A DNA stretch of 64,000 bases from Guillardia theta CCMP2712 (GCF_000315625.1 NW_005434673.1:634911-698910); one strand, 5' to 3'. Positions 25,401-44,072 are shown, counted from the first letter of the stretch. Made by a program: numbers and translations. Notes: generated from the sequence alone by a model not told the origin.

Positions 25401-25770
25401 CGTGAGGCTTTTCACAGGCGAATGTGCCCATGCAACCTCTAGGCAACGAAGGGGAAGCTCCTCTCGCGTGGACTCCATACCCACCGAAGTTCTGTGGAAG
25501 CAAACTTGAGCACAGCAAGCCAAGGTGGAGGAGGGAGTCTGGGGTCAGACCTGTACGAAGTGAGAGGCTTGATGGGTTCGGAGGCTGCCGCTGGAGGAGG
25601 AGGAGGAGAAGAGTCGAGCATCTCGCGCTACCGCCTCATAGCTCATGTACAGGTCTGCCGGCGCCGACATGTTCCCCCTCCTCTCTGCAGTACCCCAGGG
25701 CTGCTGCTCCTACCCCCCAACTTGTTCACGTATCCTTAGGGGGTGGGGTACTCGTTATTGGTCACTGGCA
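22469..25770 (-). CDS. PDZ-domain plus long coiled-coil protein, multi-exon
   Basis: PDZ motifs GIGMKI, MSLNRGGAAERDGVIQ/EGDILVEVDGKSTRG, GPRGTRVVLTLKR; heptad-rich ORFs 22469-23746 and 23756-24094; 5' end uncertain. Confidence 0.7.
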
Positions 25771-26039
25771 TGGTAGCAACTTGCTATACAGCACAGAGAA
25801 GAGGAGGGAGGAGGGAGGAGGGAGGAGGGAGGAGGGAGGAGGGAGGAGGGAGGAGGGAGGAGGGAGGAGGGAGGGCCTAGCTTCGCGCAGTGCTGTTCGG
25901 CTGGCGTGTCCTCAAGCATTGAGCTTATTGATTGTCTTGATGGCGGGAGAATCGACAAGGGTGATATGCAAAGCGATGAAGCAACGATGGCGAACCTACG
26001 CGAGGAACGGAGGGAGGTAACGCAGCATCAGATTTACTT

Positions 26040-30298
<4,259 letters not shown>

Positions 30299-30595
30299 CT
30301 CTATCTCTTCCTATCTCTTTCTCTGTCCTCAATGACTCCTCGCTTCCTTCCTGTTTCTTTCCTGTTTCTCTTCTTCTCTTTTCCACTCGACAGGCTCCTT
30401 TCCCTCTCTTCTGCTGCTCGCCTGCTGCCTAGTCGTACCCCCCCAATCCTCTACGAAATGGCGGGTCCTCTGAAAACTTTGTGATACTTCTCATAATTTT
30501 GAAAAGTAAAGGGTAATTTTGGAAAATTGTTTTCGCAGTTTAAAATTGCTAAGAAATTTTCTTCAGGGAAGGCCCGGCGACACACTGGAGTCACC

Positions 30596-30690
30596 TGTGA
30601 CTAGTTGGGCTACCCGGTGCGGCTAGTGACTAGTTGGGTTACCCGGTGCTAGTGACTAGTTGGGCTACCCGGTGCTAGTGCTAGTGACTG
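30596..30690. repeat. About 3.5 copies of a 26-29 bp unit (GTGACTAGTTGGGCTACCCGGTGCTA) upstream of SNF2
   Basis: Read directly. Confidence 0.9.
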
Positions 30691-30899
30691 GGATACCGGT
30701 CGAACTCCGGAAGAGCACGACATACCCGAGCTCAGAATGTACCCGATCTGGCTGCGATGACGCAAGCCAGTGAAGCCTGGGAAAAAAATAACGGAGTTGA
30801 TTAACAGTACGCGAATGCCATCAGTTTCTAGAACTGTCTCCCGGCAAAATTGTCTCCTCCTGCACTCAAGTTTCACCTCCAGCATTCAGTACGGTCCCG

Positions 30900-31644
30900 G
30901 TCACGCGGCTCACCTCTTCATTCAAGTTTGGCTTTTCCTTGTCGATGAATTTGTCATAGATGTAGCACCTGCAAACAGAAACTTAATCCCTGCGCCCTCC
31001 TTCTGTGACAAGAAACTGACCCCCTCAAGTTGAAACAGCAAGCAAGAATACTGAAAGAGATGTTAGCAACAACGAAAATTCACAAATCCTATATCATTAC
31101 ATTATCGTGATCCCGACAAGGAATGCATAACCGAAGCATCGAGCAAACATTTCTCGAATTTGCCAAATCTGGTTTGCATGAGGAAATAGCAGATGGCAAG
31201 CAGAGAAAACATACATCGGTGAAGGATGGCCCCTGCTTTGCTTGTTCTTCCTCCTCCTTGGTCCTAAACCAATCTCATGAGCAACGGTCATGCCCTTGAA
31301 TAAATTCACCTCTTGTAGTGCATCCCACCGAAGCCCACAACTTCTTTCGCATCATCCCCCTGCTCTGCCAGCATGTGCTTCTTTGCCATCCGGTTCACAG
31401 CTTGTGCCTGAGCACGTGTGTCAAGACCGGATTTCCTGCAGATAATTTCTCCACCTTGAGCTCTCCCATCTTTCTTCCTGACATCTTTTGAATCGCAGCA
31501 GTAGTTACCTGTCGTACTACAGTGAGAATTCACGTGAGGTGCATCATCTCTCACCTTGCTTGAGGAAACATCACTGATGGGGAGAGTGGCTGATGCCTGA
31601 ACGGCCAACAGAGCAAAGCTCAAAACGAAAAGGAGCGTTCCCAT
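30900..31644 (-). CDS. Small signal-peptide protein with a probable C-terminal TM segment, multi-exon
   Basis: MGTLLFVLSFALLAVQASA signal; later exon REMFARCFGYAFLVGITIM. Confidence 0.5.
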
Positions 31645-32060
31645 GGCACAAAGGTGTGCTACAAACCCTGCAAACGAATCAAGAGAAGATCAACGCATGA
31701 ATCTGTCTACCTCCGTTCTTTGATGCGTCAATCAATCCTTCTGACCCCTCCGCCTGCCTTGAAGATGTTGACACCTGGAAGTGCAGTTAGAACCAAATGC
31801 CTCGCAACAAGTGACAGGTAATCTTTGCGCCATCATTCCTCCACATATCTTCCAACACTGTAATCATCACTTTGGTTGTTCTGTGTGTACCTGGCACATC
31901 ACCACACTACTACTCCTTCCGTCTCGCCCTCTACGTTCTATCCTGCTTCATACCATTCAGGTCGATGATTCTATTTCCGGGTATGTACCACATCCCCTCA
32001 CTGACCGGTGATGACCCAGTCGTTTCATGTCAAGTGCGACCGTTACATTTTGAGGTTGAC

Positions 32061-35000
32061 ATGCCGCCCGGCCTTCAGCGTGGAAGCGGCATGGCGGTCA
32101 CGGGGATGCTGATGGTGGCGATGATAGGCGGCGGGGGGTTGGCGGGGGCTACAGGACCAGCAGATGCCGCGACAGTCGAAAAGCCTGTGATGATGCTTGC
32201 TCGACCGACATCGTCGCCCTCCGGTTCTATCCCGGTGTTGAACGCCTGCGTGGACAGATCGGACTGGCGTTTTGTTTGGAATGAAGGGGGGTTCTTATGG
32301 ACTAGCTCTTGTTCGGAGTATGTGACGGGAGGCGGAAACTGCCATGTGGATGTTGGTTACGCGCTTGATGAGGAGAGATGGATCTCAGCGGAGGAAGCTT
32401 GTCCGTTCTCTTGTGGGAGATGCTGCGACAAGGTCTGCGGCACGGCGGGATCTTCTTGTGCTTCGGCGTGTTTGAACCTCAGCAGCTCATACCAGTCTCT
32501 CCTTGAGTTTGCCTTAGCTTGGAACTCATCAGAATTCAAATCAGTTCTCAGTACTCCAACAGCCTTCCAGCTTATACCTTACGCACCTGAAACATTTCTC
32601 GACCGCGCTCTCGTGTACCTGATTCCAGTAACTCCTGGTGCCAAGACTCGGTACAGGCTTGAGTGCGCTGCATCGTCTTCTCCTTGGATCGACAGCTCAA
32701 GGGTTGAGGTCACGACGAGCTGCGCTCATCTTCAGGCAATTTCGTTTCTTCCAGGCTCGGGGACCAGCTCCGAGTTTCTATCGGACATGGTAGAAGTCAG
32801 CGTTGAGATCAAGACGCCTCCGCCTGTGATACAGGTCACTCAGTGCGCGATCGTGAAGGCCAACGTGACTGAGATGCTTGAGTTCGATGGCATTACCAGC
32901 AAGTACTCCGATCAAAGCTGCTCGTACCTAGTCGTCGACATTCTCGCTCAAGGGCTTCTCAATGCAACCGCACGAATTCGTTATGCAGAGAACCAAGTGA
33001 CCGGCAGCCTGGCAATGACGGATCAAGCCATCGGCAGAGCCACACTGACCATGTTGGAATCTGGAGTTGTCGCAGCGCTGGCATTCCGGCCAGGCACCAC
33101 ACCAAGTGACCTCGTGCTTTCTCCTCGATTGGTCGTTCAGTCTCCCGCGCCCGTGCGCTCCTTTGACTGGATGGGCACCGTCGGCTTGTGGAACTTTACA
33201 CTTGAGTCTCTGCAAGGCACCTACGAGCGAGAGGTCAACCCTCTGAACGGCTGTGCGGAGGTTCAGCCGACGGTCATCCATCCCTCTCAGGTTCGTGATG
33301 CCTCCAACTTGCTCGGTGCAGCTGTTCTCAAGGGCCCCGTATGTAAGAGTGGCACTTGGGAGCTTCCTGCTCCCTTCAGCCCCTCCATCTCTTCCTTCCT
33401 CGTTGACAAGATGAGCGACGGGTCTCGCCTGCAGGGCCTTGAGTTCAACTCCCTCAACTCCGAGCTCTTTGTACAGGACGATCTTTCCCTAGCGCATGCT
33501 GCCGGTCTACTCCCCACTGAGACCTTGTCCCTTGAAGTCTGGTTCTCTATCAATCCTGCAGGAAGCATTCCCGTCGCTGGCCTTGTCAGCGCAAGGAGCG
33601 ATGGGCCCGAGCTTGCTGGACATCAGTATGGGAAGGGATGGAGCCTGAGCTACTCCGTAGAGGACGAGCTTGATGAGACGAGGATCGAGTTTGCGGTTGC
33701 GACGCAGAAGCAGGAGCTGATCGCAGGACTTGGAGGCTTCGCCACGCTGGTGGGAAGAGTATCACCTAGGCTTCCTGCGGTATCTCAGGTGTCTCGAGAT
33801 TTGCGAGCTGAGCCTTCACCTAGGACAAGATGATTCATGTGGCCGTCACGTTCAACGGCTCCCACGCGTCGATCTTCATGTCAGGGGAGCTGATCGCACA
33901 GAGCGACATGTGCGGGGCACAGGTGAGAGCTTGACGAGTCTGCCGCTGTTGCGACACATGACGATGATGAAAGCGGAATGAGACTTGCGGTTCGATCCTC
34001 TACCCCGATCGGAGAGACCTGCTTGCCTTGAATGTCTCCGGCAGTCTCATCGTAGGCGCTCTTGATCAGCGCAACGGAGAGAGAGCAAGCCACATGGTTC
34101 TCGCATCCCTCCCCCTCCCCCTCTGATTCTCCAGCTCCCCCTCCCCCTCTGATTCTCCAGCTCCCCCTCCCCCTCTGATTCTCCAGCTCCCCCTCCCCCT
34201 CTGATTCTCCAGCTCCCCCTCCCCCTCTGATTCTCCAGCTCCCCCTCTCCATCTGATTCTCCAGCTCCGCAGGGGCTGATCCGCTTTCTACGTATCTACA
34301 ACAAAGCTCTCAGCTCCGAGCAAGTCCGAGTAGCATCGCTGCGGTATTCGCTTGACTTCGCCATTCTCCCTTGCCCTACCGGTCACTATGGACCTTACGA
34401 GGTCTGCCTTGTGTCTTTCTTGTCGTGAGTGTCTGACGAGTAGCCAGGGCTTGCAGCCTTGCTTCCAGTGTCCTCCGGGGACTTTTGCTGCTGCCATCAA
34501 GAGCGAGCGCTGCCTCCCTTGCCCTAAGACCTTCTTTGCTCCCTCCTCTGGCAGCAAGGAATGTTTGCTCTGCCCCGTCGGTCTGTCCACCGCTCAGGAA
34601 GGAAGTGCTGCCTGCACGGATGACGCCTGCATGCTGGGGCAAGTCTCCTGCTCACCAGAGGCCCGATGCGTCTGGAGCAACGGGACTGCGACATGCGAGT
34701 GTTGGCAAGGATACAAGCGTGAGGGACCTGTATGTCGAGCTGTGTGCGGAGATGGCATACGTGTGAGCGAAGAAGCTTGTGATGATGGCAACGTCTTGTC
34801 GGGGGATGGATGCTCGTCATCATGCCAAGTGGAGAACGGTTTCATGTGCACCTTACTGAGAGACAAAAGCTTCTGCTCCTGCACATTAGGAGGCAGGGAC
34901 TGCTGCATCGCAAACTACTCCTTCTGCTTGCGGAACTACGAGGTTTTGTCGTCGACACGGGAAGGGTGTTACAGGTAAAGTGGAGAGGGGCGATATCTAC

Positions 35001-35236
35001 CCTGACGCTTATGCAGCACCTTCTCTCGCTGTTTGCTTGCCGCTGACAAGACTCTCATCCCCTCCCTCTCCTCGCGCGTGTCTCTCTTTTCCTCCTCGAG
35101 CCTGCGGCAGGAGGGCCCCTGCGACGCCAAGGAGGAGGTCGACTGTCAGCAGCTGGAGGCAACCTGCGAGGCTGCTCCTGACTGTCTGCTCGCGTACGCG
35201 CGATGCCTCAAGGCAGTCACCTGCTCGCCAGTGTGA
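32061..35236 (+). CDS. Secreted/extracellular protein with LamG-like, Cys-rich (GCC2/3-like), EGF and Myxococcus Cys-rich repeat domains
   Basis: Hydrophobic leader; LSLEVWF..GWSL..HVAVTFNG (LamG); CPPGTFAAAIKSERCLPCPKTFF; CSPEARC..CECWQGY (EGF); CGDGIRVSEEACDDGNVLSGDGCSSSCQVENGFMC. Confidence 0.8.
34110..34267. repeat. Intronic 26-bp minisatellite (CTGATTCTCCAGCTCCCCCTCCCCCT), 6 copies
   Basis: CTGATT recurs at 34123, 34149, 34175, 34201, 34227 and 34253. Confidence 0.95.
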
Positions 35237-35331
35237 AGGACCAGGACCAGGAGGAGATTCAGCAGCCGGAACAGATCATTGTAATTTACACCTTTCTTTT
35301 TGTACAAACACAGTGAATGTCTAATCTCCCG

Positions 35332-38300
35332 TCACTTTGTCTCGATCAGCGGCTTGTACTTGTTCACCCAAGCTATAAGCTGCGCACATTTCTTTTCTGC
35401 AGTCAGCAGCATGTCGGTCTTCTCCACAATCTGCTTCTGCAATTCCAACTGCTCGATCTTACTCCTTTCCCTCTCTTCTTCCACTTCCCCAACCCGCAGG
35501 CGTATCTCGCTCTCGAACTTCTCCCGCATGCTTTTCATCGCCTGAACCCTCATGAGAAATCTCTGAACCCCAACCTTCATTGACTTGGCGTCTTTGTGGT
35601 GGCTGCAGAGGCTGTACATGACAAATCGTAACCTCTCACTTCTCATCCTCTTCTCGAAGAATCGGACGCACGAGGCCTGCCTCTCCAGGATCTCCTCCTC
35701 GCATGTTGGCTTGAGCGACAGTCGGGTCAGGCTTGTCTCCGACACTCGAATCCTTGCGGCTTCGCCCACCAGCGACTTGATCTCCTCTACCAGGTGACTC
35801 AGCAGCGCCACTTGATGTTGCCTTCCCCTCCCATCTGCCTGAGGCGCTTGAGACATCTCCACTTCAGTGTATTCGGGATTTTGGTCGAATGAGTTGACAT
35901 GACTTGACGTTTTCTCGCCATTTCCTTCTGATCTCTCGATCTCTTGCAACTGTTTGTTGTAATGGATGTTCTCTCGCATTTCGCGAATGACTTGTTGTTG
36001 CATGTTCACTGTTTCTGTCAGCGTTGCATTTTCTTCGAGAGCCTCAGCTAACTTTGAGTTGAAGGCTCCCTTGACCTCGACTGAGTTGGACTTCACTGTC
36101 GAATTCCCCAAGTTCGTCTTGAGCGCATCAAGTTCGTCCTGCAGGGCCTGCACTTGTAGCTCCTTCGCCTTCATGTCTCTGCGAAGCTTCTCCTCAAGCA
36201 TCTTACTCGACTGCAGCCGTTCACTCGCATTCGTTGACAGAGCATTCGCCTCTGCTATCTTCCCATGCAACTTTGCCAGTTCGTTCCCCTTTGCCAAGAG
36301 CAAGGCGTCGTAATCTTCGACACGCTTGTACAGGATTGAAAGCTCCTCATTTGACTCTGAGTTGCGAGACTTCAAGCCTTGGATCTTCTGTAGCTGATCT
36401 TGAATGATGTACCGCTTCTCTTTCATATCAAGCTCTGACTGCACCAGCTGGGCATGAAGAGATTTCTTTTCTTCCACCAGTTTTTTGAGAACGAATGCCT
36501 GATAGTTTTCATATTCTGAAATCTCTTGTTTTAACGTATGAACAGCAATCTTGCTTTCATTTATGATGGAAGTTTCATCGATGAGGAGTTGGTTTGCACC
36601 TTTTACAGTTTGCAACATCTCAAGCTCTAGACTTCTGAGTCGATCATTTTGCGTTTCAGACTCATGCAATGATTTTTGATAATCTTTCAAGTTCTGTTCA
36701 CATCGATCCAGATCATAATTCTTGGATTCAAGCTCTGATTTCAGCTGCATCAATTCGCCATGGTTGAATTCAACTTCTTCTCTCAATGCCCTGCACTCTT
36801 TCTCCAGTTGCAAACACATCTCTTGCCTTTCAAGCTTCTCCTCTTTCTCATCTTGAAGTTGCGATTCGATATCCATGCATGAGAGTTTTATTCTCTCCTT
36901 CTCAGCGTACAAGATGTCGTAAGCCTTCTTCCATTCCATCACCTGCATCAAACAAGCGTTAAGCGCCTCGCTTGTTTTCTGTTTCTCTTGCTCTAAACTG
37001 GTGACCACCCTCTTCAACTCAGCCAGCTTCTGCGTTGTTTCGCTTCTCTCAACTTCAAGCAGCAGCTTCTCGTTCACCAGATGGCTGTACTCTGAGCAGA
37101 TCTCTTGGACTTCCTCCTTGATTTCTGACACTCCCTGCCAGGCTGAGCACCCCAAAGCGCCAGCGCGCAAGCGGTTCCAAGCGAGATGAGCTTGTTGTCT
37201 AGTGCAGGCGGCGAGGGAGAGAGCCAAGGAGTCTAAGGTTCCATCCAACGAGACCTCCAAGCTCAAGAGCTCCTCATGCTCCTCCTCGGCTAGTCGGTGC
37301 AAGTCTTCCGCCAGGGCATCCTTGTCCTTGAGCAGGCGATGCATCGCGTTCCACTCGTCTTTCATTCGGCTCATGGCAGAAGAAGCCTCCGTCACCCTGC
37401 ATGGATCACGTTACGACACGTCCATCGACATGCTCTACCATACCTCAGCTCCAGAAATTGCACAGTGTGATCTCGAAGGCGAGTCGCTTCCAACATATGA
37501 CACTGTTGCACCGTGGCATCAAAAAAGAGGTTCCTAGAGGCCTCAAGATCGGCTTGAATCTTGCTCTTTTGACTTTGACTGTTGTCTAATTCATTTCTGA
37601 TGTTCTTGATTCGATCTTTCAGGTACAGATTTTCTTTTTCTAGCTTCTTACTTCGAACGTCGGCACATTCCAGTCTCTGTCCCAGAGTGTCGTTTGCTTC
37701 AGTGACTGTCTTGGCCATTGCATCAAGCTGCTGCTTCAGTTGTTTGCAGTCTTCCTCCAACATGGATCGCTTTTCTTTCGCTTCCATCAACGCTTCATCA
37801 TTTCTGGCTGCATCAATCAAGAGCTTCTCAACCTGCGAAGTCAGCTGCATGTTCTGAGTTTTTTCTTCTCGGACGCTTGATTGTAAACGAGAGATTTCCA
37901 GCCTTGATAGATCAAGATCATCTTGCAGAGCCTTACAATCCTCATTCATCCTGGACAAGTTTTCAGACGACTCCTGGAGAAGAGACTTCTTGGTCGCCAG
38001 CTCTTGATTTGCGGATTGTAACTTTGAAGTCAACCCCGCGATTTCTTCTGCCAGCACTTGCTTCTCAGCCTTCATCTTCTCGGTCTGTTTCTGAAGCTCT
38101 TCTTCGGATTTCTGAGACGATTCAAACAACTTTTTGACCCTGGCTGCTTCCATGTCAAGTTGGGCTTTCGTACTCTCGAGCTCAGCTTGGACGGTTTCGA
38201 GTTTGGAGCAGATGGAATCTGAGCCTTGTCTGCTTTCATCCAGCTCTTCTTGAAGGTTGAGGATTATGCTCTTGCCCTGCTCCTTCTCTCTTGACAACTT

Positions 38301-41300
38301 TTCGATTTCAAGTGTTTGTTTCTCGATGACGCTGAGAAAATGCGAATTTTTTGCACATTGCTTCAGGTATAAATCCTTTGCATCGGAAATCTTTGCATGA
38401 ACATTGGTCGCAAACAACTCAAAATTCTCAAGATATTCTTTGATTTGCAAATTCCAACGATTGGTGTCATTGATTTTCATCTCCTTTTCAGATTTGATTT
38501 GAAGATTCTCAGCTTTCAAACTTTGCAGATCCGGCAGAATCATTGACAAATATGTCGATGATTTTCCGATGTGCCCATCCAGTGTGTCAGCATAAGCTTG
38601 CAGCAATTTCTGCTGCTCAAATTCAAAGTGTTCCTGCTTTTTCAAACCATTTGCAGCGTTCCCAACATCTTGTAAACACAAGACAATTTCCTTGATGACG
38701 CCTTGCAGGGCTTGTGCGGATGATATTCTGAATTTCTTGAGTTCCTCTACTTTTCTTTCAAATTCAATGGAATTTCTTTCCTTCTCTTCTTTCAGTTTGT
38801 GAACAAGCTCATTCAATGCATCATTTTGAAGCTTCACATTTTGATACTCCCGGCTGCTCTTTTCATACATGCTAGCAAGCTTCCTGCGTTCCAATGAAAA
38901 CTCGAAGTTCAACACTTGTAGCTTGTTGCTCAAGTCCTCCTCAGCGTCCTTCGGCTCCAAGTCCTTGCTAGTGCTCATCTGGGAGATCTGATCGAGCAAC
39001 TGCAGTTTCTCTGAGTCACAGGTAGCAAGCTTCGAAATCAACTCCTGAACTTGCAGGTTGAGACCTGTAATCTTATCGTCCTTTTCCTTGATCTTTTCCT
39101 TCAGGGCATCTTTTCCTGTTTGTGAGGATTCAGCAATCACGTTCAGAGAAAACATCTGTCCTGCGAGGTGTTTAGCGAAGTGCTTCCAACTTCGCAGTTG
39201 AATATCAAAAGATTGATTCACTTCTGTCAGTCTCATTAAATCTGAATGTGATTCACAACTCTCCTGAACCAACTTAGCACAATTTTCCTTGCTTCCTGAC
39301 GACTGGTCAAAACCATCGGAGACTTGGCTTGTCAGCATGTTTGTCAAACTATCCACATGCCTCTCGAGCTTAGAATATTCGAATTGTTTTCTGCTATATT
39401 TGGAAAGTAAAGAGGTGAGGTGAGTCTCGAAAGACAAGAGAAGCTTCTCAAGTGATGATTGCATGTCGACACCATCCACTAGGTTCTGCAGGAAATCTTT
39501 CTCACTTCTCAAGGTTGTCAGAGAAGACGTCAAGGAATCGAGAGCTGCCATTCTCGTCAAAGTTTCGCTTTCATGCTGTCGTTGCAAGCTTGAAACCTTG
39601 TCTTTCCACAGCTGAATCTCCTCGCGCGCATGGCTGACGTCAGGATGGGAACAAGGATGTTTCATATGGTTCTGCAAGAACTTAACTACCCACATGCACT
39701 TTTCTATCGGGTTGACATTGTTGAAGCTTTCGTCCAAAAGCTTTTCAAAGTTCTCACGACGTTCGCTCGCCAAGTCCAGGGAGTCAACAAGTCTTTGCAT
39801 GCTTGAAAGGAGAGCATTGGCTTTCAGCAACTGTCTCTTGAGATTCATGTTTTCATGTTCGGCACTTTCGAGCTTGTGCGAAACAATTTTCAACGAGTTG
39901 CTGGCGTTAGAGTTGTCACCTGAATGTCTTCTTGTCTCTAGATCTTCCAAACGTTTCTCAAGAAAATCACGATCAAGCTGAGTCGTCATGCGACTTTGAA
40001 TTTGACAAGTCCAGCTGTCCATCTCCTCCGTTGTGATGGATAGCTGGAGGGAGACATCGTCAAGCTCTAGGCTGATGCTCCCGACCTCTTGAAGGAGCTG
40101 CTCAGTCAATGTTCGAGCCTGAGCCAATGCTTCGCTGCCAAGTCTGTCGCGGGTAGCGGCGGCAAGGAGCGAATCTCTTTCTCGCGTGAGAGCATCCAAC
40201 TTTGTTATGAGCCTCGTCTCCTTGCCTTGCAGTCGCTTGACAGACTCGGACAAGAAGCTCGATCGCATCGCTTCCTCGTCCAACGAGGCCTGCAGAGTCT
40301 CGAGCTCTCGCTCAAGGTTGCCAGACTCCTTCTTGCGATGGAAGCATGCTTCGCGGCACCACATCGACAAGACCTTTGACAGCCATCTCTTAACCTTCTG
40401 CTGTGAATCTCTCCAAATCTTTTCTTGCAACAAATTTTGCAACAGAGTTTTGAATTTCCATGAGTTCAAACATTTCAAGTTGGACAGGTGATCATGATAC
40501 TTGACTACCTGTTGAAATGAAAAATCTCTCCACTTCTGAGCTTTTTTCTGTGCTTCCCTACTCACAGACTCAAGCGCAAAAACTTGATTGTGGAGCTCAG
40601 AGGTCTGATGTGTGTTACTATCTTGAGAATCATCTGGTTTCAAATTCATTCACACACGTGACAGAGAATAAAGATACCTTTGTCTTGATATCTTGTGACC
40701 TGCAATTCCTGTTGCAATTGGATCATCTTGCGCTCCAACCTCTCTTGTTCTCGCCTCCTCAGTTCTCTCTCAGATTCAGCCTCGAGTAGCCTTTGAGCTA
40801 GATGAGCAGCTTGAGACTTCTCGCTTTCAAGCATGTTTTGAAAATGCTCGTGCTGCTTGTGGAGGTCTTCTTCAAGAGAAATCACCTTGGTTCTCTCATG
40901 CTCGATCTGCACTACCATGAGTTCATGATCCTGTGCTCGCCTCATCCCACCTGTCGCTTCAAGACTTGATATGCTTCACCCCGTGCATTCACACACAGAT
41001 TTCCCTTCCATTCATCAAAGACAAACTTCATAGAAAAGAGCATCTGCAAGTGTTTTTTCATGTCATAGACATGCAGACTTAAGTTTTCTATGATGATAGG
41101 ATCTGAGGACGTTCTTGTCTGTTTGTATCAAGGATTACTCGAGATTGAACGTGCAGATTATCAAGCACCTCAGATCGAGAGGCAACCGCTTGAAGCTTTT
41201 CGTGAAGCTCGGTGTTTTCTGACTTCAACGCAGCCATCTTGTTTTCAAACATCTCTACCATCTGCAGCAAATCTTAACTTCGGTCTTATTCAAAACCATG

Positions 41301-41925
41301 GGAACCTGCTCAAACTCTTTCATTTCTTCTTGTTCCTTTTCATACTGATTTTGTAGCCTTGCCAACTCTTCTTCTAGTTGCATCTCTCTCTTTGGATTTC
41401 TATTCTGCACGTCGTTTTCCATGCGCGTTATTGTCTCATACGCTCGCTTGAGCTCAACTTTCAATTCATCGTTCTCCCTCTCTAGCTCTTCGCATTTCAG
41501 CCAGATATTCTGTATAGGATAAGGGAATCATTGGTTTGCTACAAAGATTCAGGGAATCGTTATACCTTCTCTTCTGGCATAGAATTCTCTTTCAGTCGTG
41601 GATATTCGTTCTCATTCCAGTCCTCGGAAGTGTCCTGCATGGCTGATTTCTGTAAGATCCTTGACATGAGGGTACTAGGCAGCGTCGATGCTCTATCATC
41701 AGAACTTGCATCTCTTGGGTGAAACGGAACATCATTTTCGTTAGGACGTCTCGTTCTAGCTATCGTGCCAACGAAGGTCGACCGCTGATGCAACACAAGA
41801 TCGTTGCCATCTCTGATGATCTTTGACTCGGGGCCAGCTGGTCTCCTGGTGTACTTGGAAGGCACCACAGGCAGGATGGTGTGGCTCCTCTCCTTCCCTG
41901 CCGCGCTCCCATGCGTTCGCTTCAT
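35332..41925 (-). CDS. Very large coiled-coil protein (about 2000 aa), multi-exon
   Basis: Consecutive E/K/L/Q-rich ORFs (687, 1085, 99, 60, 69 and 121 aa) separated by short intron-sized intervals. Confidence 0.8.
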
Positions 41926-42313
41926 CGCTTGCCCCCCTCACCGACGCTCTTGCTTTAGCATTTCGTTCCTCCAACGGCTCCGAGGGTTAACAGGCCCTTG
42001 CAGGACCGGGTCAACAAGGATCATTCTTCAACGGTAGTGTCAGTCACCGCCGGCCCGGCCCGCGAGTGACCGCGCCGCCCGGGCCGGCCACGGGGCACCT
42101 GAATCCAAAGTTCGTGCCCCGGCCCGGAATAGCCGCAAGGCGTAGCTGAAAAAGACCAGATCACTTGCTGTCCTCATGAGGTATTAGGGTATGATTCTGA
42201 GGCAGCTTTTTATTCCTATTACCAAGAAGATTGAGGAAACCTGTAGAACCGTCGCATGTGGGAGCATTGCTGGAGCAACGCGACAGAGGATCGATGAGGA
42301 ATGGCGCAGAGGG

Positions 42314-42388
42314 CAGAGAGAAGAGAGAAGAGAGAAGAGAGAAGAGAGAAGAGAGAAGAGAGAAGAGAGAAGAGAGAAGAGAGAAGAG
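42314..42388. repeat. (AGAGAAG)n microsatellite
   Basis: About 10 heptamer copies. Confidence 0.95.
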
Positions 42389-42461
42389 GGCAGAGGGCAG
42401 AGAGCGGTCTGAGTAATGCTGAAGAACTTCTGACGATCGTGACATTTGCAGTGAGCTAGTG

Positions 42462-44011
42462 ATGAATAGTTCATCCAAGATTGGCGACGCGCATAGGAGG
42501 AAGAAGAAAATCACACCGAGACAGGTGTCTGCAAGAATATTCTCGATTCAATCTTGATCACCGTGATCCTTCCTGTTTGAAATGATGAAGTAATAGATTT
42601 TTTTAGTTTGGTCGACGAATTGCCGTAGTCTGCGCATGCATTCTGATAGCATTGAACGTGTATCGCGTTTGGTTGAAGTATCGGATAAATGAATATCGCA
42701 AAAATTCTGGTCTGTTAAGTATCTTTTCAATTACTTCTCTGAGGATTAATAGAATCATCGACTCCACGTGTAAAGACAAGCAAGAACGTGACATGTGCTG
42801 CTCGTCAAAATGACCTAGTTCAGAGTATCACGATTCTTTCCGGTGCCGCGATGCTGATACTTGGTGCAGATTGCTCACCTGTGCGATGTGGGCGAGTGAT
42901 TCAGGAGGGTTTCATCACTCGGGAAGAGTGTGGCAAGATTATAGGTGACTGATGGTGGGAGACTATCCCAAGTCCTGATGCAACAACAGAACTTGCTGAA
43001 TTTGGTATGAAACATGGTGGAGGCGCTGGTGGAGCAACCATACTTGACTTTCCCAGTGGAGCGCTTTCTCGTGGAAATCAATTCATCAATCTCCATCAGG
43101 TCCATGGAAGCCGTGAGAAACGAAAGTGCTTACTCATACAGCAAGCTACTGTCCAGCAAGGGACAGAAATTGCCTCAAGAAGGTACGAGACTTTTGAAAG
43201 AAGTTATTCACCGAGTGAGAAGCACACGTCAGTCAGTGCAAAATTTACTGAACAACAATACCTTAGATCCGGCAGGAGATTTCTAACCATTTCGGTGTGA
43301 GTTCGATCATGGGGACAACTCCGCGTTTCGTTTCAAGGATGGATCAGAAGCCTGCACAGGTGAACGCTTGTCAATGAACACGCCTGAGGGGATGACTCAT
43401 CACTAAAGAACATGCATGACGAATACTGGCATGAGCACGTGGACGCGAATCAGTAAGAAGGGCCCCAAGGGTGGAGTATGCAAAGAGGAAGGATGATTCA
43501 ACGCACAGATATCCGGGGTTCGAGTACACAGCATTAATCTACCTCAACGACCAGGTGAGGCTCGACACATGGAAAACTGAAAGCTAAGCTATGAAATGAG
43601 GGGCTTGACTACACGGGGGGACTGTTCTCGTTCATCGACGAGGACATCGCCAAGGTATCTTATCCCTTGTCTTTTCTCTTCGGATCGACATGCAAAAATA
43701 GGGGCAGGCAAAGGTCGAGACCATCAGCCCTAAATGTGGAAAGTGAGCAGAAGCCTTTGAGTTTCATAGATATGACCATGCTCCAGGCTGGTCTACTTCA
43801 CTTCTGGTCCAGAGAACGTGCATAGAGTGCACAAGGTACGAACCTCCTCAGCGAAGTACAATGTGCACTGAACCATGAATGCAGGTTGAATCGGGGCTCC
43901 GATATGCACTGACGATTGCCTTCACCTGCGACAAGAGCAAGGTGAGCGCGTTGGTATTCGTTGGAGTGTGTGAAGAAGCTTCAGGAGCTTTCGGGGGAGT
44001 GGAACGCGTAA
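42462..44011 (+). CDS. OGFOD3: 2-oxoglutarate/Fe(II) oxygenase OGFOD3-like, multi-exon
   Basis: Exons read by hand: RCGRVIQEGFITREE, GGGAGGATILDFPSGALSRGNQFINL, MHDEYWHEHVD, YPGFEYTALIYLND, RLVYFTSGPENVHRVHK, GLRYALTIAFTCD; start approximate. Confidence 0.85.
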
Positions 44012-44072
44012 CTAGAGCTTGACAGTACATTGCACGAGTTATTAATTTGTCAGAATCTATCTGCACCGAATT

